From NCBI GenBank assembly GCA_038238245.1, contig JBBRXX010000002.1, forward strand, positions 88,907 through 152,906: a stretch of 64,000 bases of DNA, read 5' to 3'. This DNA is from Acidimicrobiia bacterium (lineage in GTDB: Bacteria; Actinomycetota; Acidimicrobiia; IMCC26256; PALSA-610). A program made the translations under genes and the position numbers. The notes under the pieces are model-generated. The model was not told where the DNA came from and made no database searches. It worked only from the letters and a program-made list of their open reading frames with translations. This document shows, one piece after another, positions 62,791 to 64,000 of this stretch. The stretch's first letter is position 1, and each line of letters starts with the position of its first letter.

Positions 62791-63276
62791 TCAGCTGGCC
62801 AGCGGCCAACCCGGTGTCGGCGCGGGATCGCCGCGAGCCGCCACGACGGGTGACGTCCAGTGCTGATCCTTCGCGATCTCATCGGCGACGCGCTGCCACT
62901 CGGTCGGGCTCCAACCCTGCGCGGCGGTGACGAGCGTCGTGTCCTGACGCAAGTGCACGAACGCCGGAAGCCGTTCGAGGCCGAGGCTCGTGACCAGGGC
63001 GCGGTCGGCGTCGCACCACACGAGCCACTCGTTCACCACGTTGCCGATGATGCGTTTGGTGATTGGAGGTGTGCTCGGCACGCAGACGATCGTGCGCACA
63101 TCACTGTCGCCGAACGTCGCGAAGATTCGTTCGATCACCGGAACGAACTGCGAGCCCTCGGGCCGGTCGGGCAGCACGACGATCGCAAGGTTGAACACCG
63201 TCGCCCAGTCGTCGAGCGTGCGCGTGATCCCCGTGTAGCTCGTGATCGCCAGCTGCGGATTCGGGTTCTGCGCCAT
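62791..63276 (-). CDS. conserved hypothetical protein, thioredoxin-fold-like without CxxC
   Basis: 161 aa with strong GC3. 'NLAIVVLPDRPEGSQFVPVIERI...VWCDADRALVTSLGLERLPAFVHL' suggests a thioredoxin-like beta-alpha-beta fold, but no redox motif is present. Confidence 0.65.
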   Translation of the reverse strand: MAQNPNPQLAITSYTGITRTLDDWATVFNLAIVVLPDRPEGSQFVPVIERIFATFGDSDVRTIVCVPSTPPITKRIIGNVVNEWLVWCDADRALVTSLGLERLPAFVHLRQDTTLVTAAQGWSPTEWQRVADEIAKDQHWTSPVVAARGDPAPTPGWPLAS

Positions 63277-63444
63277 ATCTCCGGGTCGCGCTCGCTTTCC
63301 TGGTCGCGTTCGCTGCTCGGCGGGATACCCGCCTCGCGGTCGCTCACCGCTCCGCCAGTTTGCTTCGCTTCGCTGCGCTCACGGCCTCGTGCAACCTCTC
63401 CGAAACCTAGCGCGCACCCGGGCCCCCGCTTACTCTCTTCGCTC

Positions 63445-64000
63445 ATGGCAGAGATGGTCAGCTTTGCAAGCAATGGCGACACCGCGCAGGGGTATCTCGC
63501 CGTACCCGCGACGGGTACCGGGCCGGGCGTGCTCGTGCTGCAGGAATGGTGGGGCCTCGTCCCGCAGATCAAGCGGGTGTGCGATCGGCTTGCCGACGAG
63601 GGGTTCGTCGCGCTCGCACCCGATCTCTTTCGCGGAGAGATCGCGGAGCACACCGAGATGGACAAGGCCGGCCGGCTCATGTCCACGCTCCCCGCCGACC
63701 GGGCCGCGCGCGACATGGGCGGCGCGGTCGACTTCCTTCGCGCCCATGACGCAGTGCAAGGTGACAAAGTCGGCGTCGTCGGCTTCTGCATGGGCGGGAT
63801 GCTCGCGCTGATCGTCGCGGCCCAGCAGGGCGACAAGATCGGCGCGGTCGCACCCTTCTACGGCGCGCCGCTCGGCGAGGACGCCCCCGATTGGTCGAAT
63901 CTCACCGCACCCGTGCACGGCCACTACGCCGGAAACGACGACTTCTTTCCGCCCGGGCCGGTCAAGGAGCTCGAAGCGCAGTTGCGGGGCATGGGCAAGG
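63445..64000 (+). CDS. dienelactone hydrolase family protein (3' end beyond window)
   Basis: Not in the ORF track because it has no stop in the window; translated by hand from ATG 63445. Reads 'MAEMVSFASNGDTAQGYLAVPATGTGPGVLVLQEWWGL...ALAPDLF...VGVVGFCMGGMLAL...APFYG'. Confidence 0.85.
   Translation, partial: MAEMVSFASNGDTAQGYLAVPATGTGPGVLVLQEWWGLVPQIKRVCDRLADEGFVALAPDLFRGEIAEHTEMDKAGRLMSTLPADRAARDMGGAVDFLRAHDAVQGDKVGVVGFCMGGMLALIVAAQQGDKIGAVAPFYGAPLGEDAPDWSNLTAPVHGHYAGNDDFFPPGPVKELEAQLRGMGK

Overview
Very high-GC, densely coding chromosomal segment of Actinomycetota type; in real genes almost every third codon position is G/C. All calls come from reading the sequence and recognising motifs by eye; no searches were run. 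Nt 1-10.8 kb is a conserved housekeeping block: DUF559 protein (5' partial), mfd, a lipoprotein parvulin PPIase, mazG, an SPFH/stomatin protein, eno, an ftsB/divIC-like gene, DUF501 and ppx. From memory this is the same order as the mycobacterial mfd-mazG-eno-ppx region. The other ~53 kb is a mosaic of metabolic and accessory operons. It includes three crotonases, several SDRs, three VOC proteins, an AGPS-like FAD oxidase operon, and a TetR-DinB-diiron-MBL operon. It also includes a GH3-LLM operon, a Cys-type sulfatase, a NarL-type two-component system beside cAMP-signalling genes, and malonyl-CoA decarboxylase with a D-aminoacylase. Further along are P450/SnoaL, a zwf/gnd/ppgK/GH15 sugar island, and a ripA-like/selD operon. 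There is one tRNA, Leu with anticodon UAA. I saw no rRNA, CRISPR array, transposase, integrase or phage genes, and found no clear-cut new multi-gene system such as a defence island. The items most worth follow-up are: (1) a 487-bp, lower-GC intergenic region holding a promoter-fronted, multi-hairpin, apparently non-coding RNA candidate of ~280 nt; (2) unusual domain fusions (CBS pair + citrate synthase; carboxylesterase + thioredoxin); (3) an orphan selD translationally coupled to a RipA-like peptidoglycan hydrolase; (4) divergent gene pairs only 20-23 bp apart that share one AT-rich -10-like hexamer, alongside widespread leaderless-type starts; (5) two in-gene or start-codon tandem repeats (4 x 18 bp; 2 x 20 bp, the latter creating a 7-codon uORF). 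Many long ORFs in the six-frame track are antisense or out-of-frame shadows typical of high-GC DNA and were rejected.
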